Source: a bacterium
Lineage (GTDB): Bacteria > Zhuqueibacterota > Zhuqueibacteria > Residuimicrobiales > Krinioviventaceae
Reading direction: 5' to 3'
Assembly: GCA_963675755.2 (NCBI GenBank)
Contig: CAXXMD010000003.1
Span: forward strand, 3,072,001-3,136,000
Length of the DNA stretch: 64,000 nucleotides
Shown one piece after another: positions 19,725 through 31,113 of the stretch (position 1 is the stretch's first letter; each line of letters opens with the position of its first letter). A program made the position numbers and the translations under genes. The notes under the pieces were generated by a model that was given only the letters and a program-made list of their open reading frames with translations, had not been told where the DNA came from and searched no databases.

Positions 19725-21029
19725 TTAAAGCTCCAGCCCCAGAATGTAATCTGCAATTTCTGTCAACTGGGCGTCTCCCAAATGTGCCATGGACGGCATA
19801 ATGGGGCCACCGCGTTTGACCTGGGGATTTTTAGCCCATAATACAACCTGCTGGGGATTGTCTGGGTACAATTCAATAATCTCTTTGAGGGAAGGTCCTA
19901 CCATTACAGTAGTAGGTGCATGGCAAACGCCACAATTTCTTGCAAATGCAGCTTCAGCACCGGTAGCTTTGGGCGCTTTACTGATGCCCATGCGCTCGCG
20001 TCCTCTGGCAGCTTCAGCTTGCCAGTAGAGCAGTTCAGTTTTTTCTGCTACCATTTTACGGTGTGGATCAACGGCACGTTCACGATAATAGTGACGTCCA
20101 AACGCCATCATGGTTACGGTACAGGTGAGCAAAATGATTATGATCCAGAAACGTCCATTTGAAAATTCACGTTGGCTGTGGAGTTCGTTCCACACATACA
20201 ACATGAACAAAATGGCGCCTGTAATTCCCAAACCGATAAAGAGGTATACGGTAAGGTGAAGACCATGCACAGGCAGAGTCAGTAATAATAACGGTCCTAC
20301 AATAAACTGCATAGAGGTAACCATGAATGCAATTTTGTAAAAAAGTCTTTTTACTTCTGAACGGGTAAAGCCCGGCAGCTTTTCTTCGTGGGGATATTTT
20401 TTACGTCCAAACCAGCCGGCTCCAAACAAAGCGGTAACTGCAATAGCCGCGAGAATAAAATGCATATAACGGGGGATTACATTTTGCAATAAAACAGCAG
20501 AAATAAATCCTTTAACCTCCAGCCAGCGACTGGGAAAGAGCATGAGGTTGACATTGGCCAGAAAAATAAGCGGAATGACCATGAATAATGCCAGAGCCAC
20601 ACCAGCAATGGTTAAGTGGATTAGCTTGTTATCTGCAAGTTTGTCCCAGGTATATTTATGCAGATACGTTAGTAAAAACGCAACCGAAACAGAAGGAATG
20701 ATCATTACCCAGGCAATACCGGTAAGAGAAGTTGAAGCGTAAAAATAAGTTGTATATGCCAGATTGATTGCTAATAGTGGTGCAACGCCCAATACCACTG
20801 CCAGACTTTTATTAACCGTTACCGTTTTGGAAATCTCTCTTGCCAGATGGTCATATCTTTTATTTGATATTCCCATAATTTCAAAGATAAACGAGAGTGC
20901 CACACCGCCAAACATAAAGTTCACAAACAGAATGTGCAGCATGAACAGAAAAACCAGTAAAATTTTTAATGTACCTTCCGGTAAGGGAAGTTGTAATTGT
21001 ATATCATGAGGTACAGGTATAGAATCCAT
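19725..21029 (-). CDS. Polytopic membrane protein with C-terminal monoheme cytochrome c (CydA'-like partner)
   Basis: About 8-9 TM segments with HILFVNFMFGG and PRYMHF; C-terminal CGVCH...VGPSL...MPSM. Confidence 0.8.
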   Translation of the reverse strand: MDSIPVPHDIQLQLPLPEGTLKILLVFLFMLHILFVNFMFGGVALSFIFEIMGISNKRYDHLAREISKTVTVNKSLAVVLGVAPLLAINLAYTTYFYASTSLTGIAWVMIIPSVSVAFLLTYLHKYTWDKLADNKLIHLTIAGVALALFMVIPLIFLANVNLMLFPSRWLEVKGFISAVLLQNVIPRYMHFILAAIAVTALFGAGWFGRKKYPHEEKLPGFTRSEVKRLFYKIAFMVTSMQFIVGPLLLLTLPVHGLHLTVYLFIGLGITGAILFMLYVWNELHSQREFSNGRFWIIIILLTCTVTMMAFGRHYYRERAVDPHRKMVAEKTELLYWQAEAARGRERMGISKAPKATGAEAAFARNCGVCHAPTTVMVGPSLKEIIELYPDNPQQVVLWAKNPQVKRGGPIMPSMAHLGDAQLTEIADYILGLEL

Positions 21030-21056
21030 ATCTTCCTCTATTTTTAAGGTCCTTAA

Positions 21057-22451
21057 TTATCTATCAATTCCTGCTGTTTGTGCACCTTCCATGCGAAAGG
21101 CCCGGTTTTGATGCGCAATGATAAACTCGCTCAATGCCTCGCGCTCTGCGTCGGTACCGGGATATGGCGGCATAAAGGGTCTCACATTGTGCATGCCCGC
21201 TATAAAGTTCGAGATCTGTTCCGGTGTCCAGGGTGTGTCTCCGGGGAACAGGTAACGGAATTTACCGGTAACGCTGTTTATACCACTGACCGTATGACAA
21301 CGACTGCAGGTAAGCATAAAAACATCCCGTCCCGCTTCATAATGGTTGTCAGGTGTGATCTCTTTGGTTTTCACAAATGAAGCATGAGGGAGTACACCAT
21401 CTTCACTGTAAAGTGCGTAATTGTCTTTTAATAATCCGTTTGCGTACATATAATCTGCAATGACATAGGGTTTGCGCAGGAACTCTCTTGCGCGTTCAAA
21501 ATAACCCAATAAAGCAATACCCATAATAAAAGGAATTAACATTACAAATCTGGGAACCCAGCGAGAGCGGATAATTCCTGCTGTGGCAACAATGGCTACC
21601 GTTACAACCATGGCTAATAGTATAATGAGAATTGTGTGGTACCAAGTTGCATAATTTTGAGTTGCAACGGCAATAGGAGCATTTTCAGTCATATATGCCG
21701 GTATACGCTGCCAGTACCACCAGGCAGCTGCGGCGGTCGGAACCAGCCAGGTTAGACTCCATATAGATAGATATTTAATTACGGTATATCGTACCGGTTG
21801 TTTTTTTACGAAAAAGGGAACCAGAAACATGAAAAAGAGTCCGCTGCTCATTAATGCAAAAGAGGTTCGGAAAGCAAGCTGCGGAATATATACAGGATTC
21901 AAAACAGCCGTGAGCAAACTTGAGAATTCAGTCCATTCACGTATGAATGGCATCCATTTCCCGGGAGTCATCATAAATCCCAGCACAGCCGTAATAATAA
22001 CCATAGTAAGCCATGAGAAAAGTGCCAGGAACGCACCAATGCGGATATGTTTCTTTTTATTGGTTTTTGACATGGATTTCCAGCTTAGGAAATACCACAT
22101 GATAAAGCAAACTTCTGCAACAAAAATAATCCATTCGGTAAACCATGCCCAAAAGAAAATCCGTAACAAGCTGCCTATAGCATCAGGGTTTACCAGAGAT
22201 GTGGTGAGCCAGATACCCACACCGGTTAAAGCTCCAAAAGTAGTTGTAATGATGAAAAATACAAAAGTGAATTTGTAAGCCAATTCGTCAAGTTCGGCGT
22301 CCTTGCGTTTATGGGCTATCCATTCCAGCAGGGTTACCAGAGGTACAGCTCCTACAGCCATGGGATGATTGATCATAACATGCACAATGGCTACAATCGC
22401 TACAAGCATGCGATTACCGATAAAGTCCAGATGAAAGAGTGGAAAATCCAT
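21057..22451 (-). CDS. Cytochrome bd subunit I-like membrane protein fused to cytochrome c
   Basis: AIVHVMINH, TTTFGALTGVGIW, WFTEWIIFVAE, ERAREFLRKPYVI; C-terminal CSRCH...FMPP. Confidence 0.8.
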   Translation of the reverse strand: MDFPLFHLDFIGNRMLVAIVAIVHVMINHPMAVGAVPLVTLLEWIAHKRKDAELDELAYKFTFVFFIITTTFGALTGVGIWLTTSLVNPDAIGSLLRIFFWAWFTEWIIFVAEVCFIMWYFLSWKSMSKTNKKKHIRIGAFLALFSWLTMVIITAVLGFMMTPGKWMPFIREWTEFSSLLTAVLNPVYIPQLAFRTSFALMSSGLFFMFLVPFFVKKQPVRYTVIKYLSIWSLTWLVPTAAAAWWYWQRIPAYMTENAPIAVATQNYATWYHTILIILLAMVVTVAIVATAGIIRSRWVPRFVMLIPFIMGIALLGYFERAREFLRKPYVIADYMYANGLLKDNYALYSEDGVLPHASFVKTKEITPDNHYEAGRDVFMLTCSRCHTVSGINSVTGKFRYLFPGDTPWTPEQISNFIAGMHNVRPFMPPYPGTDAEREALSEFIIAHQNRAFRMEGAQTAGIDR

Positions 22452-22459
22452 TCAAACTC

Positions 22460-23083
22460 CTATGCTTTCAGGGTTTTTAAGAATTTATTTATAGATTTTT
22501 GAATAACCTTTTTTTTATGTTGAAGCAATGGTTCACATAAACCATAGAGTTCTTGATGTAATTCAGGATGATATCCGGCAACAGCTTCAAGCCCCGCTAT
22601 TGCATGCCCGGCATGTCTACCATCCCAGGCAGTCAGAATATTTTGTAATACCGGCCAGACTTTAATTGCAGTGTCCGGACTGGTTGATGCATAAGCGGAA
22701 AGTATATCAGCTGTATAGTCCCGTACAATGATACTATTATCATTATTAAATATATTGTAAAATAGGTTTAGATTTTGTGCAATTGTATTTGGGATTTTGC
22801 CTGCAGTTAACGCAAGTGCATGTGCAGCTTCCCAACGTACACGGGTAGTTTTGTTATCAAGACAATTAATTAATGTTTTGCAATAAGAAATGATCAAATC
22901 CGGATTTATTTCAGCTACCATTGTAAAAACCTCAGCACAATCTCCTGCTGTTTGGGGTTGGGTTAATCCTTTTTCGACCTCTGACAATAAAGACGGATCT
23001 GCCAAGCATTGCTCAGCGACGGACCGGTTCGATTGCTGGGTTTTATCGCCGGTTAGCGATGATAACTGGTCTAAAAGGCCCAT
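22460..23083 (-). CDS. HEAT-repeat-like hypothetical protein
   Basis: Helical repeats (RVRWEAAHALAL, SIIVRDY); ends 8 bp upstream of the cytochrome gene. Confidence 0.65.
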   Translation of the reverse strand: MGLLDQLSSLTGDKTQQSNRSVAEQCLADPSLLSEVEKGLTQPQTAGDCAEVFTMVAEINPDLIISYCKTLINCLDNKTTRVRWEAAHALALTAGKIPNTIAQNLNLFYNIFNNDNSIIVRDYTADILSAYASTSPDTAIKVWPVLQNILTAWDGRHAGHAIAGLEAVAGYHPELHQELYGLCEPLLQHKKKVIQKSINKFLKTLKA

Positions 23084-23219
23084 ACTGCCCTGTTGTTTTG
23101 ATGATTTTAAATGGCTTTATGCAATAATAAGAATCTATATCATAAGGCGCAAGTGAATTTCACATTCAAGTATCAAGATGTAGTGGAGTTCTGTATGGAT
23201 TTTTAAGTTTAATATGGGA

Positions 23220-23254
23220 TACCTTCCAGGTTTTGATTGGAATACCTGGAAGGT
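23220..23254. terminator. Hairpin/terminator downstream of the YbaK gene
   Basis: TACCTTCCAGG...CCTGGAAGGTA inverted repeat. Confidence 0.6.
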
Positions 23255-23266
23255 AATGGATAGGTT

Positions 23267-23758
23267 CTAGTGATATTTTTCCCGATTATATTTTCTGTGC
23301 ATTGAAAAATTGCCAATGTGCGGATTTGTAAGTTTTTTGAAATCTTGAAATTTCATTTTAATCAGTTCTTTGTGGTTGCATGCATTAAAATAAATTTCAG
23401 GATCATTTGCCAGATCTTTGTCAACCCATACAGGTACATTGTAGAGGTTGCCAAAGGGAGGCATTGCACCTACTTCACAATCCGGGAATTGAAATTTAAA
23501 TTCCTCTTCTGATGCAAGCAGAACCTGATCTGCACCGGTAATTTTTTTAAGATGTGAAAAATCAACCTTACTCGATGCGGGTAGAACAGCCATAGCCATT
23601 TTACCATTAATGAGCACCATTACTGTTTTGGCCATTTCCTTACCGGGAATATGGGCATAATGGGCAATTTCCTGAGAGGTGTATGCGGGAGAATGGGATA
23701 ATGTAATATACTTTACATGGTGCTCATCCAAATAATGTGTTAATTGGGATGAAGGCAT
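23267..23758 (-). CDS. YbaK/EbsC (ProX-like) aminoacyl-tRNA deacylase
   Basis: HSPAYTSQEIA, MAKTVMV, MAVLPA, FPDCEVGAMPPFG; ATG at 23758 after AAGGAG. Confidence 0.9.
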   Translation of the reverse strand: MPSSQLTHYLDEHHVKYITLSHSPAYTSQEIAHYAHIPGKEMAKTVMVLINGKMAMAVLPASSKVDFSHLKKITGADQVLLASEEEFKFQFPDCEVGAMPPFGNLYNVPVWVDKDLANDPEIYFNACNHKELIKMKFQDFKKLTNPHIGNFSMHRKYNREKYH

Positions 23759-24132
23759 AATATTCTCCTTAATTATATTAAAAATTGAATTGCTGATACA
23801 CTTGGCAAATAATGGCGGAAATGCAATTAAAGGAAAGCATGTATCATGCAATTGTTTGTTTGTAATTTTAAATTCTGAGGGAATTCCGAATCCGGAAATG
23901 TTAGCATAGGAAAATGCAGCCCTGTTTCTATTTAATAATAATTAATAATTGATATCATGTCAAGACAATAGTTTTAAAAACAGCCGGTAGTTTGATGTTT
24001 TAAATAATGAATAATTTCTACAAGCAAAACATCAAATAATTATATGGAAATTACTAAATCGGTATTTGGAATATTGATAAAAAATCACGTTATTAAAAAT
24101 GAAAAAAATTACTTTATAAAGAGGAATTGCTA

Positions 24133-26220
24133 ATGAAAAAACTTTTGACAATCCTATTATTGGGAGTTATCATGACTTCATGTACACAACAAAAAAATCC
24201 ATTTTTACAAACATGGAACACTCCTTTTGGAACACCACCATTTGATAAAATTCAAGAAAAACATTATATGCCCGCCTACCTGGAGGGTATGAAACAGCAA
24301 ATGGAAGAAGTAGATGCTATTATTAACAATTCTGAAGAGCCAACTTTTGAAAATACACTTGAAGCCCTGGACAATAGTGGGAAATTGCTTGATAAAATAG
24401 ACAATGTCTTTAGTAATTTAAATTCATCAACTACAAATGATGAAATGCAAAAGATTGCCAAAGAGGTTTCACCATTATTATCAAAACATTATGATGATAT
24501 CTCGATGAACGACAAGCTTTTTGCACGTATCAAAGCTGTTTATAACAAGCGTGATCAGCTCCAGTTGGATACTGAACAGTTTAAACTTTTAGAGAAAACC
24601 TATAAAGATGCGGTACGTGGTGGTGCGCTTTTAAATGATGAGCAAAAAGACAAGTTGAGAGCAATAAATGCTGAACTTTCTAAATTGTCTTTGCAGTTTG
24701 GCGAAAATGTTTTAAAAGAAAATAATGAATTTAAACTGGTTCTTGATAAAAAAGAAGATCTGGCAGGACTGCCGGCCAGTGTTATTGCAGCAGCTGAAGA
24801 AGCGGCAAAAGAACACGGTGAAGAAGGCAAGTGGGTATTTACCCTGCATAAACCCAGTTTAATTCCCTTTTTGCAGTTTTCTGATAAAAGAGAATATCGT
24901 GAAATTATGCTAAAAGGATATATTGAACGTGGCAACCATAATAATGAATTGGATAATAAAGATATACTGAAAAAGATGGCTTCTTTGCGTGTAAAACGTG
25001 CCAATCTGCTTGGCTATGAAACACACGCCCACTATATTCTTGAAAAAAATATGGCAAAAGAACCAGAGCATGTATACGAGTTGTTGTGGAAATTATGGAA
25101 ACCCGCTTTAAACAAAGCAAAGGCGGAAGCTTATGATCTGCAAGCCATGATCAATAAAGAGGGCGGTAATTTTAAACTCGAGCCCTGGGACTGGTGGTAT
25201 TATGCGGAAAAAATTAAAAAAGAAAAGTATGAATTAGATGATGAAGAACTGCGTCCTTATTTCCAGTTAGAGAATGTTAGAGACGGTGCGTTTGCCGTAG
25301 CAAACAAACTCTATGGAATTACATTTACAGAGCTGCCGGATGTTAAAGTTTATCACCCGGATGTTAAAGTATTTGAAGTTAAAGATGCTGATGGTTCACA
25401 TGTTGGTGTTTTGTATACCGACTATTTCCCCAGAGCCAGCAAACGCGGCGGTGCATGGATGAGCAGTTTCCGAAAACAATCTAATAATGGTGAATATATC
25501 ACTCCCTTAATCACCAATACCTGTAATTTTACCAAACCTACCGGTGATACACCTTCATTGCTCAGTCTTGAAGAAGTATCTACATTGTTTCACGAGTTTG
25601 GTCACGCGTTACATGGATTGTTATCTGATTGTAAATATAATGAACTATCAGGAACTTCAGTTCCCAGAGATTTTGTTGAACTTCCATCACAGATTATGGA
25701 AAACTGGGCCAGTGAACCGGAAGTGATGAAAAGTTTTGCCAAACATTACAAAACAGGAGAGACAATACCCGATGAATTGTTGGCAAAAATAGAAAAAGCG
25801 GGTAAATTTAACCAGGGCTTTGCCACGGTTGAATATTTGGCCGCATCTTTTTTAGATATGGATTGGCATACACTTGCTGAAACCAAAGAGCAGGATGTTG
25901 AATCATTTGAAAATGCAAGTATGCAAACCATTGGTCTGATCCCTGAGATTGTTGTACGTTACAAAAGTCCTTATTTTAGACATATTTTTGCCGGAGGTTA
26001 TTCATCAGGTTATTACAGCTATATCTGGGCAGAAGTATTGGATGCAGATGCGTTTCAGGCATTCAAGGAAAACGGTATATTTGACCGAGAAACAGCAATG
26101 GCGTTTCGTAACAATGTGCTTGCAAAGGGTGGCAGTGAAGATCCTATGAAGTTATATGTAAAGTTTAGAGGTCAGGAACCAGATATAAAAGCCCTTTTAG
26201 AAAGAAGAGGACTCAATTAA
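24133..26220 (+). CDS. dcp: M3-family metallopeptidase (peptidyl-dipeptidase Dcp-like), lipoprotein
   Basis: Lipobox MTSC; SKRGGAWM, TLFHEFGHALHG (HExxH), RDFVELPSQIMENW, GYYSYIWAEVLDAD. Confidence 0.92.
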   Translation: MKKLLTILLLGVIMTSCTQQKNPFLQTWNTPFGTPPFDKIQEKHYMPAYLEGMKQQMEEVDAIINNSEEPTFENTLEALDNSGKLLDKIDNVFSNLNSSTTNDEMQKIAKEVSPLLSKHYDDISMNDKLFARIKAVYNKRDQLQLDTEQFKLLEKTYKDAVRGGALLNDEQKDKLRAINAELSKLSLQFGENVLKENNEFKLVLDKKEDLAGLPASVIAAAEEAAKEHGEEGKWVFTLHKPSLIPFLQFSDKREYREIMLKGYIERGNHNNELDNKDILKKMASLRVKRANLLGYETHAHYILEKNMAKEPEHVYELLWKLWKPALNKAKAEAYDLQAMINKEGGNFKLEPWDWWYYAEKIKKEKYELDDEELRPYFQLENVRDGAFAVANKLYGITFTELPDVKVYHPDVKVFEVKDADGSHVGVLYTDYFPRASKRGGAWMSSFRKQSNNGEYITPLITNTCNFTKPTGDTPSLLSLEEVSTLFHEFGHALHGLLSDCKYNELSGTSVPRDFVELPSQIMENWASEPEVMKSFAKHYKTGETIPDELLAKIEKAGKFNQGFATVEYLAASFLDMDWHTLAETKEQDVESFENASMQTIGLIPEIVVRYKSPYFRHIFAGGYSSGYYSYIWAEVLDADAFQAFKENGIFDRETAMAFRNNVLAKGGSEDPMKLYVKFRGQEPDIKALLERRGLN

Positions 26221-26231
26221 AAAGTTTTATG

Positions 26232-26264
26232 AAAAAGGCCGTCTCAAAAGGGACGGCCTTTTTT
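26232..26264 (+). terminator. Rho-independent terminator after dcp
   Basis: AAAAAGGCCGTCTC-AAAA-GGGACGGCCTTTTTT. Confidence 0.85.
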
Positions 26265-26393
26265 CGTTTAACAATATACACTCTCCGGGGAAAAATTTAT
26301 CACTAAATAGTGGTCTTGCTTAAAATCTATTTTTATTTAATTTGTAAATTCAATAAAAACAATTTATTGTAGACTCTCTTTTCTCTGATTAGA

Positions 26394-26408
26394 TGGCATA
26401 ATTGTTGT
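26394..26408 (+). promoter_or_regulatory. Sigma54-like -24/-12 promoter element upstream of MCP1
   Basis: TGGCATAATTGTTGT, identical upstream of all three MCP genes; fits TGGCA-N6-TTG spacing with -12 TTGT instead of TTGC. Confidence 0.65.
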
Positions 26409-26590
26409 GATAACTATCAAGTTGTATATTGATACAGTCTTACAAAACCAGATTGCAAGAACAATGAAATGAAAATTTATTGTTTGTCAAATTTTTGTTG
26501 AATATAAAATGTATAAAAAATTCAAATTTCTTTTTTTCATTAACTTGCTGACAAGGGGTAAGCAGCAAACTATAGAAAGGATGTAATAAA

Positions 26591-28348
26591 ATGAAATTTC
26601 AAAAATTTGGAGTGCTTTTAAAACTTTTGATAGGAATTGTATCAATTATTGTAATAAACATAATAATGACACAGCATTTAAAACTCACTGATACGGGGAA
26701 AGTGAGTTATTCAATGGGGTATTATCTATTACTGACTTTACAGATTCTAATTGCAGGTATTACAATTTCTTTTATTGTATTTCAATTAAATAAAACTATT
26801 GGAATGCTTGACAAGTTGTTAAATGGTGATCTGGATAATGATTTTAAATCAAGTACGAAAGATGAGTTTAGTATTATAGCACAATATTTGAATGATCTGC
26901 AGTTAAAATTAAAAGAAAAAATAACCTGGTATGAAAATATTCTTGATTCAATTCCATTTCCAATCTCTGTTACTGATATGAATATGAAATGGACTTTTAT
27001 TAATAAACCTGTTGAAGATATGCTCAAAGTAAAACGACCCGATGTAATGGGGCAACAGTGTGAAAACTGGAATGCAAATATTTGTAAAACTGAAAATTGT
27101 GGAGTATTTCGTTTACGAAATGGTTTTACTGAAACATTTTTTAAACAGTTTGGGATGGATTTTAAAGTTGATTCTCAATATATACATGACTCAAAAGGAA
27201 AACAAGTTGGACATATTGAAGTTGTACAGGATATTACTTCCTTGTCGAGAATCTCTGAATACTTGAATTCTGAGATAAGTTCATTGTCTGCCGATATACA
27301 ACTCATGGCGCATGGTGATTTAACTGTTGAACCTGTTACAGGTGAGAGTGATGAATATACCCATGATGCACGAAAGACGATATTGCAATTAAATGATGCA
27401 CTATTACATACAATACAAAATATGGGTGAAAAGTTAAGCCAGGTAAAAGCAGCTTCAGACCAGGTAAGTAGTGGTGCTCAGCAGATGGCCCAAGCCAGTC
27501 AATCTTTAGCTCAAGGTGCTTCAGAGCAGGCAAGTAATATTGAAGAGATAACAAGCAGTATGCAGGAAATGGGTGCTATGACAAATCAAAATACAGCAAC
27601 TGCAAAAGAAGCTTTGAATTTATCTCGTGAATCTATTAATACTGCTGAAAAATCTTCAAAAAGTATGCAAAAATTATCAGAAGCAATTCAAAAGATTAAG
27701 GAATCTTCTGATGAAACTTCAAAAATAATAAAAACAATTGACGAAATTGCATTTCAAACCAATTTATTGGCGTTAAATGCCGCAGTAGAAGCAGCTCGTG
27801 CGGGTGAAGCCGGTAAAGGTTTTGCGGTTGTTGCTGAAGAGGTTAGAAATCTTGCTATGCGTAGTGCCGAAGCTGCCCGTGAAACCTCTTTGATGATAGA
27901 AACAGCTATTAACAATTCTGACAATGGTGTTTCTTTGAATGTAGAGGTGACTGAATCACTTCAGGAAATGATCAGCCAGGTAAATAAAATTGAAGAACTT
28001 GTTGAAGAAATATCTTCTGCAAGTAACCAGCAAAAAGAAGGAATTGATCAGGTAAGCGATGCAATGGAACAAATGAGTAATGTTACACAACAAAACTCGG
28101 CCAATTCTGAAGAAACTGCCAGCGTTGCGGAAGAACTTACAAGTCAGGCTGAGGTAATGAAAGAAATGGTGAATGAATTTAAAATAAAGTCAACTCATTC
28201 TGCTTCTACAATAGTAAAATCACAATCTTTTGACCATAATACCAGGATAGCCAAAAGAGATCAGGGTAATCAACAAAATGAAAAATCAATATCGACACCT
28301 GAACAGTTGATTCCATTTGAAGATGATAATGTTTTTAATGAATTTTAA
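26591..28348 (+). CDS. Methyl-accepting chemotaxis protein (2TM-HAMP-PAS-MA) with C-terminal pentapeptide VFNEF
   Basis: [40 protein letters not shown]; [26 protein letters not shown]. Confidence 0.95.
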   Translation: MKFQKFGVLLKLLIGIVSIIVINIIMTQHLKLTDTGKVSYSMGYYLLLTLQILIAGITISFIVFQLNKTIGMLDKLLNGDLDNDFKSSTKDEFSIIAQYLNDLQLKLKEKITWYENILDSIPFPISVTDMNMKWTFINKPVEDMLKVKRPDVMGQQCENWNANICKTENCGVFRLRNGFTETFFKQFGMDFKVDSQYIHDSKGKQVGHIEVVQDITSLSRISEYLNSEISSLSADIQLMAHGDLTVEPVTGESDEYTHDARKTILQLNDALLHTIQNMGEKLSQVKAASDQVSSGAQQMAQASQSLAQGASEQASNIEEITSSMQEMGAMTNQNTATAKEALNLSRESINTAEKSSKSMQKLSEAIQKIKESSDETSKIIKTIDEIAFQTNLLALNAAVEAARAGEAGKGFAVVAEEVRNLAMRSAEAARETSLMIETAINNSDNGVSLNVEVTESLQEMISQVNKIEELVEEISSASNQQKEGIDQVSDAMEQMSNVTQQNSANSEETASVAEELTSQAEVMKEMVNEFKIKSTHSASTIVKSQSFDHNTRIAKRDQGNQQNEKSISTPEQLIPFEDDNVFNEF

Positions 28349-28442
28349 AAATTTATAAATCGAGGATCCATAATAGAAGATACCAGAGAACCTGATTTAC
28401 TGTTTATCTCCATCTAGAAATATGGTGTTTTGATTGTTACAT

Positions 28443-28472
28443 AAAGGCTGTTTCATTAGAGACAGCCTTTTT
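28443..28472 (+). terminator. Terminator after MCP1
   Basis: AAAGGCTGTTTC-ATTA-GAGACAGCCTTTTT. Confidence 0.8.
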
Positions 28473-28616
28473 AGTTTCTAATGAATATTCTTTCTTTCCT
28501 GTTCCAGGGGAATTTTTTCAAATTTTTAAAACAAAAAAAATGAATCATTGTACAAGAAGCTTTTCAAATTCCTTAAAAACAATTTGTTAATTGATTGATT
28601 GCTATTGTATTTGTAT

Positions 28617-28631
28617 TGGCATAATTGTTGT
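28617..28631 (+). promoter_or_regulatory. Sigma54-like promoter element upstream of MCP2
   Basis: TGGCATAATTGTTGT. Confidence 0.65.
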
Positions 28632-28811
28632 TATAATTACCATTGAGTATTGTAAAACAATCATTCCAAATACTAGATTTTGAATTTTTTTTATACCTTT
28701 CAATTCAAAATCTTGACTGCAGTAAGAAAATGTGATAATACAACTAGAAATTTATTTTGATTTTGAGAAATCAAAGATTAACACGCTATTGTGCAGAAGG
28801 GACATGTCAAA

Positions 28812-30575
28812 ATGAAACTAGAAAAGAGCGGGGTCCTGTTACGACTTGGTGCGGGATTTTTATCAATAATTTTGATCAATTTTTTTATGATCCAACAACT
28901 GGAACCAACAGAAACCGGAGAGTGGGAGCTTTCATTGGTTTTTTATTTATTGCTGGCTTTGCAGGTTTTAATTGCAGGTATTGTTTTGTTTTCAATTGTT
29001 TCACCTTTAAAGAAAACGATTGCCATGCTGGATACACTTTTAACGGGTGATCTTGATGATGAGTTTAAATCAAATAATAAAGACGAGTTTGGTTTAATTG
29101 CTCGATATATAAATGATCTTCAGGATAAAATTAAAGAACGTATTGTTTGGTATCAAAATATTCTCGATGCTTTGCCCTTTCCTGTATCTGTAACAGATAT
29201 GAATATGAAATGGACGTTTATCAATAAAGCTGTTGAAGATATGATCAGTCAGAAACGCGATCAGGTATTGGGTAAAAGTTGTAATAACTGGAATACAGCT
29301 GCTTGTAAAACAGAGAATTGTCCCTTGCATCGTTTACAGAATGGTGAAAAACAGACACTATTAGAATTGTATGGTTTTAATTTCAGCGCAGAATCAGCAT
29401 ATGTACATGATCCCAAGGGCAAAACAATTGGTATGATGGAAGTTTTGGTAGATGTTACAAAATCAACGCGAATTAATAATTATCTTGATCATGAGATTAA
29501 TACATTATCTGAAGATTTGATACGAATGTCGCAAGGTGATTTGACTGTTATCCCTGTAACAGAAGATGGTGACGAGTATACTAAAAAAACCCGGGAATCA
29601 ATATTAAAATTGAACAATTCATTGACACAGACTATTCGCAATATGGCAGAAAAGCTTGAACAAGTCAAAGCCGCTTCAGATCAGGTTAGCAGTGGTGCTC
29701 ATCAGATGGCGCAGGCAAGCCAATCATTGGCACAGGGTGCTTCTGAACAGGCAAGTAATATTGAAGAGGTTTCAAGCAGTATGCAGGAGATGAGTGCTAT
29801 GACAAGTCAAAATACTGCCACTGCAAAGGCAGCTTTAAACTTGTCGCGTGAATCCCGTGATACTGCTGAAAAATCATCGTCCAGAATGGAAAAACTATCA
29901 GAAGCAATACAAAGAATAAAATCATCGTCTGATGAAACCTTTAAGATTATTAAAACAATTGATGAAATAGCATTTCAAACCAATCTTTTGGCATTAAACG
30001 CTGCGGTAGAAGCGGCTCGTGCAGGTGAAGCCGGTAAAGGATTTGCCGTTGTTGCGGAAGAAGTACGTAACCTGGCAATGAGAAGTGCGGATGCAGCACG
30101 TGAAACATCTGACATGATAGAAGCTGCTATTAACAACTCGGATGATGGAGTTAAATTGAATTTAGAGGTTACCGAGTCCTTGCAGGAGATGATAAATCAG
30201 GTTAATAAAATAGAAGAACTGGTTGATGAAATTGCATCAGCAAATGAACAACAAAAAGACGGCATTGATCAGGTGAGCAATGCAATGGAACAGATGAGTA
30301 ATGTTACGCAACAAAACTCGGCAAATTCTGAAGAAACAGCCAGTGTTGCTGAAGAGCTTACAAGTCAGGCTGAGGTTATGAAAGAGATGGTTTCCGAGTT
30401 TAAAATAAATTCAAACCAACCAGTATCTGCACCTGTTAAACCACAATCATCAAACGGTAATGGTAAGCATAATTTTAATGTACCAAAGGTTGAGATACAA
30501 ACAAAAAAAGTAGAAACAGTAAAGTCTCCTGAACAGTTGATCCCATTTGACGAAGATGCTTTTGATGGATTTTAG
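28812..30575 (+). CDS. Methyl-accepting chemotaxis protein (paralog 2) with C-terminal pentapeptide AFDGF
   Basis: Same architecture and signalling hairpin as MCP1; ATG at 28812 aligns with the paralog starts. Confidence 0.95.
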   Translation: MKLEKSGVLLRLGAGFLSIILINFFMIQQLEPTETGEWELSLVFYLLLALQVLIAGIVLFSIVSPLKKTIAMLDTLLTGDLDDEFKSNNKDEFGLIARYINDLQDKIKERIVWYQNILDALPFPVSVTDMNMKWTFINKAVEDMISQKRDQVLGKSCNNWNTAACKTENCPLHRLQNGEKQTLLELYGFNFSAESAYVHDPKGKTIGMMEVLVDVTKSTRINNYLDHEINTLSEDLIRMSQGDLTVIPVTEDGDEYTKKTRESILKLNNSLTQTIRNMAEKLEQVKAASDQVSSGAHQMAQASQSLAQGASEQASNIEEVSSSMQEMSAMTSQNTATAKAALNLSRESRDTAEKSSSRMEKLSEAIQRIKSSSDETFKIIKTIDEIAFQTNLLALNAAVEAARAGEAGKGFAVVAEEVRNLAMRSADAARETSDMIEAAINNSDDGVKLNLEVTESLQEMINQVNKIEELVDEIASANEQQKDGIDQVSNAMEQMSNVTQQNSANSEETASVAEELTSQAEVMKEMVSEFKINSNQPVSAPVKPQSSNGNGKHNFNVPKVEIQTKKVETVKSPEQLIPFDEDAFDGF

Positions 30576-30631
30576 GGATAACAAGAGGTAAATAATTGGG
30601 GCTATTTCAGAAATTGAAATGGCCCTTTTTT
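30561..30631 (+). repeat. About 70-bp direct repeat, copy 1 (MCP2 3' end plus terminator)
   Basis: TTTGATGGATTTTAGGGATAACAAGAGGTAAATAATTGGGGCTATTTCAGAAATTGAAATGGCCCTTTTTT, near-identical to 32828-32900. Confidence 0.9.
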
Positions 30632-30903
30632 ATATGTCACATATGTATATTTGATTAATTAGAATTGGTTCCGCAAAATATCTGGCACATCCCCCAAAAT
30701 ATAAATTATTTTTAAGAGAAATGTTAGTAGAGATTAATTGAAAGCTTACTTGATTTGATCTTGTTATGTTAAAAATTACCTTTATTGTGGAAAAAGTTCC
30801 TTACATAAAAATGATAAAAAATGAGTACATAATGTGGTTCTTTGCAATTTTCTGTAAAATAAGAGTTTATGTTTGCTGCGTTTTAAAGTTTTTGTGATAA
30901 AAA

Positions 30904-30918
30904 TGGCATAATTGTTGT
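30904..30918 (+). promoter_or_regulatory. Sigma54-like promoter element upstream of MCP3
   Basis: TGGCATAATTGTTGT. Confidence 0.65.
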
Positions 30919-31113
30919 AGTTCAGATTTATTAGTCATCTAGTCTGATATTATAGGAGAAAATTTTTTTGATCCAAGTTTTTTAGTTATAGTTTTTGATT
31001 CTTACCTATTAATCTTGCTTGTATTTTCTGCAAACGAACCTGTGTACTTGCTGCTTTAATTTAACATCTTTTATAGAAAGTATAAAGGCCTTAACTTTAG
31101 AGGAATAAATTTA

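Noticed and set aside
26232-26245. Neisseria-type DNA uptake sequence (AGGCCGTCTGAA-like)
   Set aside because: Only a partial match (GGCCGTCTC), found only in terminator stems and not at the density expected of uptake sequences.
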